A stretch of DNA of 64,000 bases from Phoronis australis (lineage: Eukaryota > Animalia > Phoronida), in assembly GCA_002633005.1 (NCBI GenBank), contig NMRA01000035.1, positions 1,145,059 to 1,209,058 on the forward strand. The letters run 5' to 3'. The translations under genes were made by a program, and so were the position numbers. Positions 24,886 through 36,990 of this stretch are shown one piece after another; within the stretch, counting starts at the first letter, position 1; the number at the start of each line of letters is the position of its first letter. The notes beneath the pieces are model-generated. The model had not been told where the DNA came from. It saw only the letters and a list, made by a program, of their open reading frames with translations, and searched no databases.

Positions 24886-26750
24886 ATGGCGTCAACGTCC
24901 GCACAACTTGCCTTGATGTTCCATCAGGATGGGGCAATGTTCAAGATCTACGGCCACTTTAGGTGTCTCGCTCTGACACTTTTACCATCACCACGGTAAT
25001 GAATTTCTTGTTGATTTGATGTACCAAAAACTATGACTTAATTTGTTGTTGCTAAAATGGTAGATCTAATATGCATGGGGATATTTGATATAGTAAAGTG
25101 AATAAAAAGGAATAAATTTTATTTACAAACAACATGTAAAATTTAATTCCTTTGTTTTTCAGACGACCAAACATCATGCCAGCGGAAATAAACAGTAATT
25201 CGACAACTCTTCCAGAAGGTGATGGAAATCCAGTCCATAGCCATGGCCAGCACTTCTGGAACAGTATTGACCCAGTCAGCGACGCTATCACCAGCGGAGT
25301 GTACCAACCGACGGACTCAGAGGACGAGACGTACGACCCAACGAAATCCGCCTACGACTGCCAGGATTCCTGCTTCACGTACGACGCGACATTGTTCCAC
25401 CATAGAAGTTCCTTGTTTCCAATCTCACCGTATGTACCCAATGAAGGTGACGAGATGACTGCCTGGTGGGGCCCTCCAGTTGACTTTGACACCCACTCTT
25501 CCACGAGTGCGACATCATGCAGTTCTGATGACGACGAGAGTTCTTATGAGGAGAGCGACAGCGAGGGGTTTGCAGACGATGAAATGAGTGACAGCGACTT
25601 TGCAGACGACGGCTTTGTGAGTGAAAGAATCGCTTATGATGACGATAATTACGACTGTTTGCAGCAAACTGGTGGGATCTGTTCGACAGTTGATCAAGAG
25701 TGCTACCATCCTTGCGACGAGTGTGAGTCGGCTGTTGGAGATGATACAAGCAACGTCCCATTGATTGTCATTTCCACTGACAGTATCGATACATGCTCTG
25801 GAGGCGACGACTGTGTTATCACTGCAACACAACACGGAACTAGGGGCAAGGGGGGTGAACACGATGTAGACGTGGAGCCCAGCTACGGCCCACTCCTCTC
25901 AGCGGCCATGGATAGCACTGGCGACGACTGCGTGATTTTAGGATTTGATCAGACTCGCCGAGGCACGAAAAGGGGGAGGTTTGAAAGAGACGATCATCCA
26001 GAAGTTGTGGACGAGATTGAGACGATGGAGGGAAGATGCAGCAGCGCAGTTATCTTGGTATCATCAGACAGCAGCGGCGAACTGGCATGTAGCGACGAAG
26101 TTGATGACGACATTAGCACTAAATGGAGGATGACTGATAAAGGTGTCGGCAATGTAGACGTCGATGATGAAATTAGCTACAGTCCATTTCCCGGTCTATC
26201 CGTTGATAGCAGCGATGTTACGTCTGCTGGCGACGATGAAGAGGATGGTAGCGCTGACCAAGCTGGCCCTGGAAAGAGGAGGAGGGATTTAAGCGACAAC
26301 GACGAAGACGAGACTAATGCAGCCAAGAGACCGCGCCACGATGACCAGACCTCTTCCCCAACTGAAAGCGTTCAGTCGAGGTCCACTCCACAGCTTGATT
26401 CAACACCGTCAGCAGACATCGATATGGCAACCACGACGTCATTGGATGCGTCTTCGAGACAAGGCCAAACATCTCTCGTGAATCTTCCAGTATCGCCTCA
26501 TCGCAACTCATCGGCGACAGGAGACGTGGATGAGGTTTCACGGGTGAATTCGCCGCTGTTGCCTTCTTACGAGTCCATGTTTTCTTCCGACGAGTCTTCA
26601 CCTTCTCGTCCGTCATCACCAGAACCCAAGGCTTTTGCTCTTAGTGACATCACGCATATCATGAACAACGTCCCTACAAGCCGCCGTGATGAATTTGTGT
26701 GGAAGAAGCGATTCCCACAGCTACCGTACCCATACTGGCCTTATTTCTAG
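24886..26750 (+). CDS. Uncharacterised acidic, intrinsically disordered, probably nuclear protein (524 aa from ATG 25176, possibly extended by exon 24886-24995)
   Basis: A 1.6-kb stop-free, GC-richer frame in AT-rich DNA. Acceptor TTTTTCAG|A at 25162; the phase-compatible upstream exon 24886-24995 ends CG|GTAATG; TATAAAA at ~24707. The protein is rich in Asp, Ser and Glu and has a bipartite-NLS-like KRRR...KRPR. Confidence 0.7.
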
Positions 26751-27315
26751 ACAGAATTGACAACAGGTGTAATTTTAACAATCTCGATGCAAGGTTTTAA
26801 AAAACCTGTCGGGCAGTACACGACGGAAATATTTTGCTCCGTGCAAACCAAAAATGCTAGACTGTAGTAAGTGATCCATGGTTTGCTCGATTTCTTTAAC
26901 ACGACTCAAAGTTCATAAAGCTACACCACAGCATGAGTGCAATTTTCGGAACTGTGAGGATATGGGTCGGCATTGACGTCCTAAATTGTTACAAGTTGCT
27001 GAAACTGTTAAAAAACCAGAGTTGCGAAAATTTGAACCAAATTGTCATAAGATCCTAAACTATCAGAACTACACAACATGAGCCTGTGAACTATTTCAGC
27101 CGGCGTGATGGTTTCCAAACTTACGACGGAGTGACATAATCGGACACAATCAGGCTACTCGAAGGAACAACACGGCTGCCTCACTCAGAAAAACGATTCA
27201 CGCGTCCAATAAAATCAGTTCACCGACTAACAAACTGCAGTGCCTGGACTCACAAACGTCACTTACGCTCACCAAGGGTAAAACACGATGCCGGACTTAC
27301 AAAACACGGCTTAGG

Positions 27316-27461
27316 CATGGGCGGCGCACCATAGGGGGCTGGGGGAGGGGCTATATCTCCACCTTTTTCAGTGGTGCGCCGCCCATGGTCTATAGGCGGT
27401 GCACCACAGGGGGGCTGAGGGCTTTGGCCCCTCCACATTTTTCAGTGCTGCGCCGCCCATG
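27316..27461. repeat. Two tandem ~70-bp GC-rich MITE-like hairpin elements
   Basis: CATGGGCGGCGCAC...GTGCGCCGCCCATG inverted ends. A reverse-orientation family member lies at ~55714-55791. Confidence 0.7.
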
Positions 27462-28824
27462 TTAGGGTTCCGAAAAGGCATACCTCACACGACCATAAAC
27501 TCACACTCAGTTTTACAACAGGGTGCACCGAGTCCATGTTCATGGCACACAATTTTTCGAGCCTTAAATCGTTGTGGGATTATATTTCCAAACGCGAGGT
27601 TGAGTATCACATGAAGTACATTGTCTACACAGACCAAGACATAATTAAAATACGAAAACGACCCGTGACCTGACTTTAACATTTGAATTTGAGTGGCCAT
27701 CTACGTTCACCTGTGAATTGCTACTGTTGAAACAATCGACATTTCGCCCCAGACATCATTTATTGAGGGGCTAACCTCCTGAACCCCCAACGAATCCGTT
27801 ACTGTTTTATGCACCAGTTGTTACTGAAAGCGAGCAAAGCACCCCACAATTGTGTCTATTTGTAAATTTGCGACAATTTGGGCTGTATGTTACAGCCCCA
27901 ATTTGTCTCACCCAAAAATGACAATTTGGGCCGTTGCGAAAATTTGAGCTTGGATGATAAAATTTAAATTTTAAAACGCAGTGCGTCATTTGACGAAGAT
28001 ATAGTAGTGAGCGGTTGTAACTATACGTTCGAAACGGCGCTGGGGGAGATAACTGGAAAAGTGATCATGAACTCTCGGTCAAATTAATGTAAAACACATT
28101 GTGAACTTAAACGCCCACTTTACCTTTGTATCGTGCGACATATCCTTTGTCAAGTTTTAGTTTTCATTCTTTGCCATGGGAAGAAATTGCACAGGTCATC
28201 AATGAAGACTTTTTGAGATTTGTTTCGTAAATGGTTTGTTTTTTCGCACCACTTAGCCGATTTGCTTCATTGGATCATCGTTCTGTTCGGTAATTTCTTC
28301 AGTCATCTTCAACTATGGCAGCGTTCTAAGAATAATAGCACGGACACTTGATAATCTCAATGTAGTCAGTGATGAGCACTTTTTCGGATCTTTGTTTTTT
28401 TGCTTGGTGGTGATGTTGAGTGTACCACACACTCGTCCTCGTTCTGAGAGCGCTTTAACTCCTGAAGATGGTCGTGTGAAATTATCGAGCGAAACGGCGT
28501 GTCAATAGAAATAGGATAGAGGTTACACTTTTGAAGATGACTTTTTAAGAAAAAATGTTTTCTGTAACACCACTTCAAGGTGCTTTTTAGAGGTGTTTTC
28601 GTCAGATTCAGAGATTTCATAAGTATTTCTCGTTTTCTCAGAAAGGTTTTTAAAAAGCAACTTACAGTTAGAACAATTTGCTTTTAGTCTGAAGCTAATT
28701 CAAACAAAGTGATCCATTAAAGTTGTGTGGAGTTCGAGAAAACTGGCAAAATTTGTCTAACTTCACTTTTAGAGAGAACTCTTTAATATGTACTAGAGAC
28801 TATCAAAAATAGTATTTTAGACGT

Positions 28825-30098
28825 TTATTTCATACTCGAGGCCGTCTGGGCGTCCAGCGTCCGCAGCTGTATCTCCTAAGCCCCTTGCAGGATATTGAAG
28901 AAATGTGGCAGATGGGTTTTATGAAGCTGGAGACAGATAACGACGAATTTCAGACGGATCGGACTACCGGTGTGCCCCCAAGTGGCAATTTTAATTTTTT
29001 ACGTTAACCTCTTTATCTTCCGAGGTCCTCAACGGATTTGTGTGAAGTTTGGCACATAGGCACCTACTAGTGGGATGACGTTATCCTCCCATTTTCGGAC
29101 GGATTCGAGGCATTTGGCGCTTCCTAGTGGCCATTTTTTCTGTTTTCGAGGCTGTCAGCCCCTCTATCAACCGAACCGCTCTAAGGATGGTTATGAAAAT
29201 TGGCATGTATATTCCTACTATGAAGAGGAAGGCTGACGATGATTTTTCGTTGACTCCGGCCACTGTGACATCTCCTAGTGGCAGTTTTTTGCGCTCGTGG
29301 CAGTATCCCGTAAACACTCTGTAAGATCTTCTCTAAATTTATCAAGTGTATTTATATGAATTTGACGACGGAGGACGACGACCTTCGGACGGATTTGTAT
29401 ATTGGTGTTCCCCCTACTGGCAATTTTTATTTTTTTGCGTTTACCTCTGTATCTACAAAGGTCATCAACGGATTTTCATAAAATTTGGAATATAGGCAAC
29501 AATTGATAAGATGACCGGCGCTATCTTCCCGTTTTAGAAAGGATTCAACTTTTCTTCGCCACCTAGTGGCCATTTTAGGTGTTTTTGAATCTGTTTTTTG
29601 GCGTCCACAACTCTATCAACCAAACTGTTCTAAGGATGGTTGTGGAAATTGGGATATCTGTTTTCAGTATGAAGAGGACGGTTGACCATGACTTTGGCTA
29701 CTGTGGCGCCTCCTAGTGGCATTTTTTGTGCACGTAGCTGTATGTCTTAAACCCACTGCAGTATCTTTATTAAATTTAGCAAGTGTATTCATATGAAGTT
29801 GAGAACAGACGACGACGACTTTCATACGCATCGAACAAACGCTGTGCCCCCTAGTGGCAATTTCATTTTGTTATCAGTTTTTCTTTGTTTCTCTGTTTCT
29901 CTGTTCGTGAAAGATTTTTATGAAAATTGGTAAATAGCTTTATATTAAAGTAACGATGGCATGTTCCCGTTTTCAGATGGATTTAACATATTTTGCGCCA
30001 TCTAGTGGCCATTTGTATGATACAAATAGACATCGCTAGAAGCACACCATTTGCGATGCATTCGTGGGCGCATTTCAACGCTCCGCGTTGCTCTTATT
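28825..30098 (+). mobile_element. Helentron/Helitron-associated non-autonomous element (HINE/DINE-1-like) with an internal ~436-bp tandem array
   Basis: Starts in a T-rich tract. The unit marker GTGCCCC(C)TAGTGGCAATTT recurs at ~28972, 29407 and 29844, with repeated AAATTTGG motifs. It ends in the hairpin CAACGC-TCC-GCGTTG followed by CTCTTATT. Confidence 0.65.
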
Positions 30099-33000
30099 GA
30101 GAGTTTTTGCTGCAAGTGAAAAATGTTATTTGCCAAAAACTTACTAAAAAGACACGGTCACATGACCCAATTAATGACAGACTGGCCATAAAAAATAAAT
30201 TTCTGCATATTTTCTTCTTTCAGAAAATGTAGATACGTTTACTGAGTAAATGTCTGAATCGTTATGTTGATACCCAGACTAATCGAAGCCGTTCTGTCTT
30301 CAGTCATTTAACTAAATCAGTTGTGATAAACCGGTGCATTTCCATTTTGGAAACGGTAATCATTTCCATTCAGTGCTACGGCGGATCAAAGAATGTCGGG
30401 GACTATACCAGTGGGGAATCATGAGTGTAAAAGTTTACATAACGACACCTTGACCATATTTAGAGACTTAAGCTAGAGGTACTTGGCTCTTGTTTTAACC
30501 GACCAACAATTCTCATCACAACCAGTTTCGGACAGACCAAAACGCAGTGTATTTTCTAAAGAATCTCCTAACTTCCTTTCAGTGTTTCAACTAAATTCAT
30601 AAATTACCCATACAAAAGTAAACTTAAGTCGAAATTGAGCAATGAACCAATTATGGTCAAATTTCTCTAAATGTACATAATCGAACTGCTTTTGCAAGAT
30701 CAGACGAGTTCTTCATGACTTAAAAGTTGAACTCAGTTTGTTAGTCATTTATCTAAAACTACGCGACTAACACCCGTCTAATAGTTCTATGGCGAGATGA
30801 GTCATTTAGACCTATAAGTGTTTAAAAACTAGTCCGAGACAGGATCACGAGATAACCGAGTTAGGTGTCCTGATTCTGAGAAAGCTAATATAACGATCAA
30901 GGAATGTTCTTTATCCACCACCGAACAAAATCATGTCATCTCGAGAACAACTTAAAATACAGAAAATTATGTAAATCAGAATAAACATTGAAAGTCTCAT
31001 AAAATCAGAATTTGTCACATGCCAATTTTACCGGAAACCAATGAGGTATTCCGATAAAAAGTCGTTTTCATATCCTGAAAAATCCAGTGAAAACAATGAA
31101 ACTGCGAGTGCCTATTGACTTTCATCAGTGGCCAATGGATAATACTTTAAACGAGACGGTAGTGCAAAGGAATAAATGGTCAGATTGTAACTATCCTAAT
31201 AGTGTGAAAAAAGATTCAAATTGTTATAGAGTGGTTATACTTAAGAAGACATGGAACGCGAAAGCACTTCAAAAATATGTTTCCTGACGAAAGCACCATC
31301 TCGCAACGTCTAGTACAGAGTCATTCACTTTTCCCAGAAAAAAATCACAAAACTCACGGTTTATAAAATAAGCGCGAAGGAAAAACTCCAGTCACCACAC
31401 ACTTTCTAATCTCACTTCCTTTGTCTCCATAATTTATTGGTAGCTAGTCAATGTTTTGTCAAAAAAAAAACAAAAAAGAAACAAAATTGACTCTTACTGA
31501 GGGGGCCTCCACGTGGCAAGAGTTGGACAATGTTACATCGTTGTATGGACATTGACAGACACCCTCAATGGCTAGCTTCATTAAACTAACTCAACTACTA
31601 TGTTTCGTGTAACACTCAGAAGGGCAAGGTTGATGATTATTTAGTGGACTAGTTTAACTTAATTACGTATATTGAACATTATTTTTTCACTTAAACGCGC
31701 AGAACTTGCAAAACCTTACTCGATGAAAAATATTACTAAACACAAAGCAAATATTTAACATTTTTTTGCAGAATCGAAAATGGGCCTTTGAAGGTGATAA
31801 GACATTACTGAACACAAACCATTGGTATTTTTAAATAACATTTTGCGCGCAATATCAAAAATGGACCTCTGAGAGTGTTTAACATATTTTGATAATTCAA
31901 AACACCGCAAATCCCGTAGGGGGAAGTGGGATGTCTTGTAGCGATCTGCACTATTTGAGTACTCTCTAGACACAAAATATGACCTGGGCTAAAAATTCAT
32001 GAAACCAGCGATGATAAATGACCGAAACATCCAGGGTTCATTCTGAGATAGGGGATATCACTGAAATGTCTCATTTCTTGCACCAACGTGCGATAAATGC
32101 CTTGTGCTTGTTTGTCGCCATTTCACAGGGTGAACCATATAATTTTTGTTTTATTCGTCGTCTTTTTTCTTGTGGTGGCAAACTGATCCTTTTCATCAAA
32201 AAGAGGAAGTAGCTGTAACCTTCTTGTTCAGTCATTTTAAAAAACTACTGTCGTCTGTCACTCACTGAATGCCTAGCGCATACCGTTCGTCACGTTTCGT
32301 TTTTACCTTTTTCGACGAAGGTGTGGCCGTCGTTCGTTTGTTCGTCTGCTTCGTCGTTAGTTACTTTTGAATCAACAATGGTTTAACGACCATTTACAGC
32401 CTGTTGATAGTATTCGTATTTTTACTATATACACGTAGTCTCTATTGTCTACGTTTTTGTTATTGTACAAGGACTAAGAACGAGAATTTTTGAAAATGAA
32501 CGATATTTGAAAATAAGATATCCTAAACATTGAAATGACATCTGGTTGACACTTTGCTAAAAACAAACAAAATTGACTCTTACTCAGGGGCCACACGAGA
32601 CAACAGTTGGACAACTGCCTTACATCGCAGGTAGGCACAAACAGACCCCTCAATTGGTTTACGGAAAGAATAATGTCACCAACCGAAAAAAATCTGGAAA
32701 TGAAAATAAGCCACGAAAAGGAGCATTTTGTCACGTGGAATGGCTCAACCGTTGCTTGCAGTTTAAAGACGAATGAGATGATAGTAGGAGCGTCATCAAA
32801 ATACTCGTTATTGGAATATTTTTAAAAACACATTAAGGGGAATTTAAAGTTTTCATGACCGAAAAACAAATTTTTGGTTTGTACTATATAGGAATGGAAA
32901 ACTTTCTGCAGCTATTAGCTTTAACTAGAGCTATTATAGTACAATAAAATCCGTAGTATGTTTTGATCTTATTACAAATCAGTTCTCGCCGATGTGTGCT

Positions 33001-34119
33001 GGAGATTAGCCAAGTTCAAGGGCCGTGACTTTACCAGTTATGAGTAATTGTAACCTTAATAAGGTTTTCATACTACACAGAAATAAACACTCAAGTAAAA
33101 CATTACGTTTGATATATGTTTACTCCAAAAAACTGCATAGTCCTTTATTTTAGGCGAAATTTCGCTTGGATTGGGCTTATTCTTGCAAATTTTAACCTAT
33201 CTAAAGTTGAACGACCGCGAATATATGCACAAAACGTACCGAGAGTGGCATAATTTCCCACGAGACATTATTCCAAAGGTCTAGGTCGATACGCGGAATG
33301 ATGATCGAACCGACTATCGACGTCAAGTCGACATTGGCCTACCTTTTGAACTTTCCATGTCAGAGGGCAATGTTCAAGTAGCGCAGGAGGGGAATATAGG
33401 CTATAGTCCATTCGACTCTTGGAAGCCTAGAAAATCACTTCCGTGGCCACTTTTTGGGGGCAAGATAATTTTGGTGTTTTTAAGGCCATTAAGTACTATA
33501 CATTAAGAATCTAAAACGTTCCCAAGGTTTGAGAAATTTGACCTAAAAAATCTGACTTTTTGCATAATTTGGCACAGGAAACCAATCTCCAAAAATCAAC
33601 AACACAAGACAAAAACTGATAATTTGATTGGTACTTGTTCATTTGAAGTTACTGAACAAGAAAAGTGATATATATATTATGATATTAGGTGGAAAATTGA
33701 TCAAAAAGAGAAAAAGAAATATTTTTGCAGCGCCTCCCGTTGGCCATAAAACATACTACGATATTCTGATCTGTCAAAAAACAAATACTGTTAAAGATTT
33801 GGATGGAACTTGATGAAGATTTGATATCACAACCTACATATGAACAATATACATGTCCAACACTTCTGCAACAAATTCACTGTCATCACTTTCATTAATT
33901 GTCACAATTAATTATCATTATCCCCATTGCTGTTCACGGTCAACTGTCACAGGGAACAATACACCCAACAGTCCCCACAGTCACCCGCATGATTAAATGT
34001 TGTCAGTATTTTCCATTAGGTTGAAATTTTAAAGTTCTTTAACAACATAGCATACATTTATTATGTTTCTTCATCCACTCCATCATAACATTATTGTCAT
34101 CAAAAGTTGTTTTTTGACT

Positions 34120-34560
34120 GAGACACCGTCTTTACAAAGACTGGACAGGCGCACAACTTAAAACCTGGCATGCCTGACTTCAAACAAGAGCACATTTTTT
34201 TACTACAACCACTTCTTTTACACTTGCCATTAACATTTTCATGACATTTTCTGGGGCTAAAGGCAGAGTCATCCAGTGGAGCTTCAGACTAACCTGCTCC
34301 AAAAGCCACCCATTATCAACTGGAGATGGTGCACTGACATGCTGTTGCAAGGCTCATTTGTGAATGGAACACTAGTAGTTTGCTCTTTTAGAATGAAGCA
34401 GCAAACAATCATGATGAGGAGGCAGATCACAGATTTCAACCTCAATATGTGGTAGCGTGCTTTGTTAACTGTTGATGACTTGCCGCACACTTGCATACAA
34501 ATGGTTCAATGTCTTCCATGAGTTAATCAGGAAACACAAATTTTGAGCCCAACTTTAACG
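34120..34560 (-). pseudogene. Decayed Academ-type transposase C-terminus
   Basis: Translation across frameshifts and stops gives VNKARY...DLPPHHDCLLLHSKRANY*CSIHK*A...PSPVDNGW...LHWMTLPLAPENV...KCKRSGCSKK..CSCLKSG..CAC. This is the LPP..LH..RANYQ..W / GW / WMT..PAP / CXC pattern. Confidence 0.65.
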
Positions 34561-35981
34561 GCAAAGACAAAGACAAAGTTAAAAAAAATCTCTGCAAGCC
34601 TGCATCCTACCCAGTTTAAAAAAGTTTTGACAACCTGAATACTGTTTCATCTAAACACCTTGCTACAGTAATCCTATTTACCGGTAACTGAAATAGATAA
34701 CCAAAATGCTCTTCACTTTAGCACACAGTATGGACAACAACTGAAATTTCATTTTGTCTAAGTGCTCATCAAAAATAAGCATTAAGAGAAATGAGCATCA
34801 TTACTAGCATTGATTGCACTGTGCAGCTGCCTTAAAACAATTTAAAACATAAACATTTTTATCATCCTTTATACAGTAGTTCACCCATTGAAAATAGAGG
34901 AATGGGGTCATTTTATGTAAAAGGGTCTTAAAATAGGCTTAGAAATTCATAAAAAGCAGTGCTGATCACTCACATGTAGATAAAAACTACTGCCAGTACA
35001 TTTGAGGTTGAGACGACTATTACTACAAATTTATGAAGCAAAATAATTTTTGTAGTGTGACCTAAACTAAAGATTATTTACCATAAATGACACCTTTCAA
35101 ATTAAGAATAGGTAGGCCTAATTACATTTGAATGTTTGGAACTGGGATAGGTTTTCAACTTTTCTTTTGTTTGTGAAGTTCCCCTGTGATAAAATTTGGT
35201 TTGAGGCAAACGGTTCATTGTGGTGGCAAGACATATACGGTATATTTCTTTGAGCACTGTTAAATGTACATGTAACTGACAGAAACAATCTCCTTAATTT
35301 TCTCGTGGGCTCAACATTATTTCCATCATCAGCTTGGTCTCTTTTTCTTTTTTAAGAGCTCTTTCAATTTTTGTTACATCCGTTAAGTGTCTGTAACACA
35401 GCTTGTGATAGAAGCATGCGCGCACCAAGCCTAAAAATTGGTGCCATTTTTACGTATTTGAAGTATTTTATGACAATTGGGTATAGTTTGAAACCATGTT
35501 CACTGAGTTGGCCTGACGGGGTAGCCATTTTATGAGCTCGGCTGCTGCAGGTGATAACGGTAGTTGATATTGTGCAATAGAGGTTGAAAGGGTTTGTTTT
35601 AGTAAGGACACCTCACTATCGATACTGATTGTGTGGTAGGAATCTCATCGGTGTTCGTTGGCAATGAAACACGCCAAGTAGGGTTTAGCGACTGCTAAGA
35701 GAGTTCGATTCCGTCTTGAGATTGGTCTAAAGAAAAAACACTTTCTCGCCGATTGTGTCGCTTTAAACGGATATAAAATGTTACTAGTTCATAGAAAATA
35801 ACCCGTCTTCACTGAATCTACTTTCTGACACAACGTAAAGTGTTTGCTAACTGGCAAAGGCTTTTGACTCTCAAAGGATACACAGGTGTGAGACACAATT
35901 TGTGAAGTTATTAAAACATAGATTAGTGTTCGCTAAGAATTATTTGGCCAATGGTCGGTTTGTATCCAATACTAGTTTGCT

Positions 35982-36533
35982 ATGGTGGGCCGTTGAGGGG
36001 AAAGTTTCGCCGTACAATAACGTTCGTAAAGTAAATGGGGAAAAGTTTCGCCGTAAAATTACGCTCGTAATTACGAGCGTAAGTTAAATTGCAAAAGTGT
36101 TGCAGTAAAATTACGCCCGTAAATTAAATGGGGGAAATGTCGCCGTAAATTACGCTCGTAAAATACCGTAAGAAGGTTCCAAATTTAAACCAGTTGGTGA
36201 TGACCTAACATACACGACTGTTGCTGGGCAGCTCGTTCTTGCACTATCGCTGACATGGCAACAGCGATTTGATCCGCCATGATTTAGCGCTCGTATCGTA
36301 GACGTGAAATCCGTCAGTAAATAAGTATTTCCATGAGCGCGCGCGATCGTGGATTGTAAAACCCAACGTCATTGGCTAAGAGTTTAAACTAAATTACGAG
36401 CGTAATTTTACGCCGTGAAGAATTAAATTACGCTCGAACTTTTACGGCGTAATTAACTGCGTAAATAACGGCGTAATGTACACAGTTACGCTCGTATTTT
36501 TCCGGCGACCCTTTCCCCCCAACGGCCCATCAT
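35982..36533. mobile_element. MITE with ~30-bp TIRs, TSD and an internal TTACG/CGTAA array
   Basis: ATGGTGGGCCGTTGAGGGGAAAG ... CTTTCCCCCCAACGGCCCATCAT, flanked by AGTTTGCT at 35974-35981 and 36534-36541. Confidence 0.85.
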
Positions 36534-36990
36534 AGTTTGCTGCTAGATACGGCGTGCGTTTGTATCATTGGTTGATCATTAGAGACTACGCTAGTGGAAA
36601 GCGGATTTTGCTAGCGTTTTAGGCGCTACTCATCAGAGCCAAGCCATAAATTATCATATACTCTTCCGCTTCATTTCAGTTATAAACTTCATTAAAACGA
36701 ATTGATTTTAGTGCAAATTAGTACAACTAGTACTATCAAAGGGAACACCAAATGAAACGCATTCGATTCTTCAGTTTAATTTTTAACGTCTGGCATATTG
36801 AGTGACAGCTGATTCATGCGTTATGTGTACTCACTCAACTGCTGTCATAAGTGAGAACAATTGAACAGGCGGATGAACATTTCGTGAGAATATACTTACT
36901 GTGTATGCCTTCAAAATGTATGTTTGCACATTGTAATCGCTTTAACTTTCAAGTGCTTTGTTAAGTTACGCTATAAAATCAACTTCATAG

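Noticed and set aside
28100-28760. Possible decayed coding sequence on the minus strand
   Set aside because: Multiple stops and no recognisable motif in the frames I read.
36000-36500. CRISPR-like repeat array
   Set aside because: The DNA is eukaryotic, spacing is irregular, there are no unique spacers or cas genes, and the array lies inside TIRs with a TSD.
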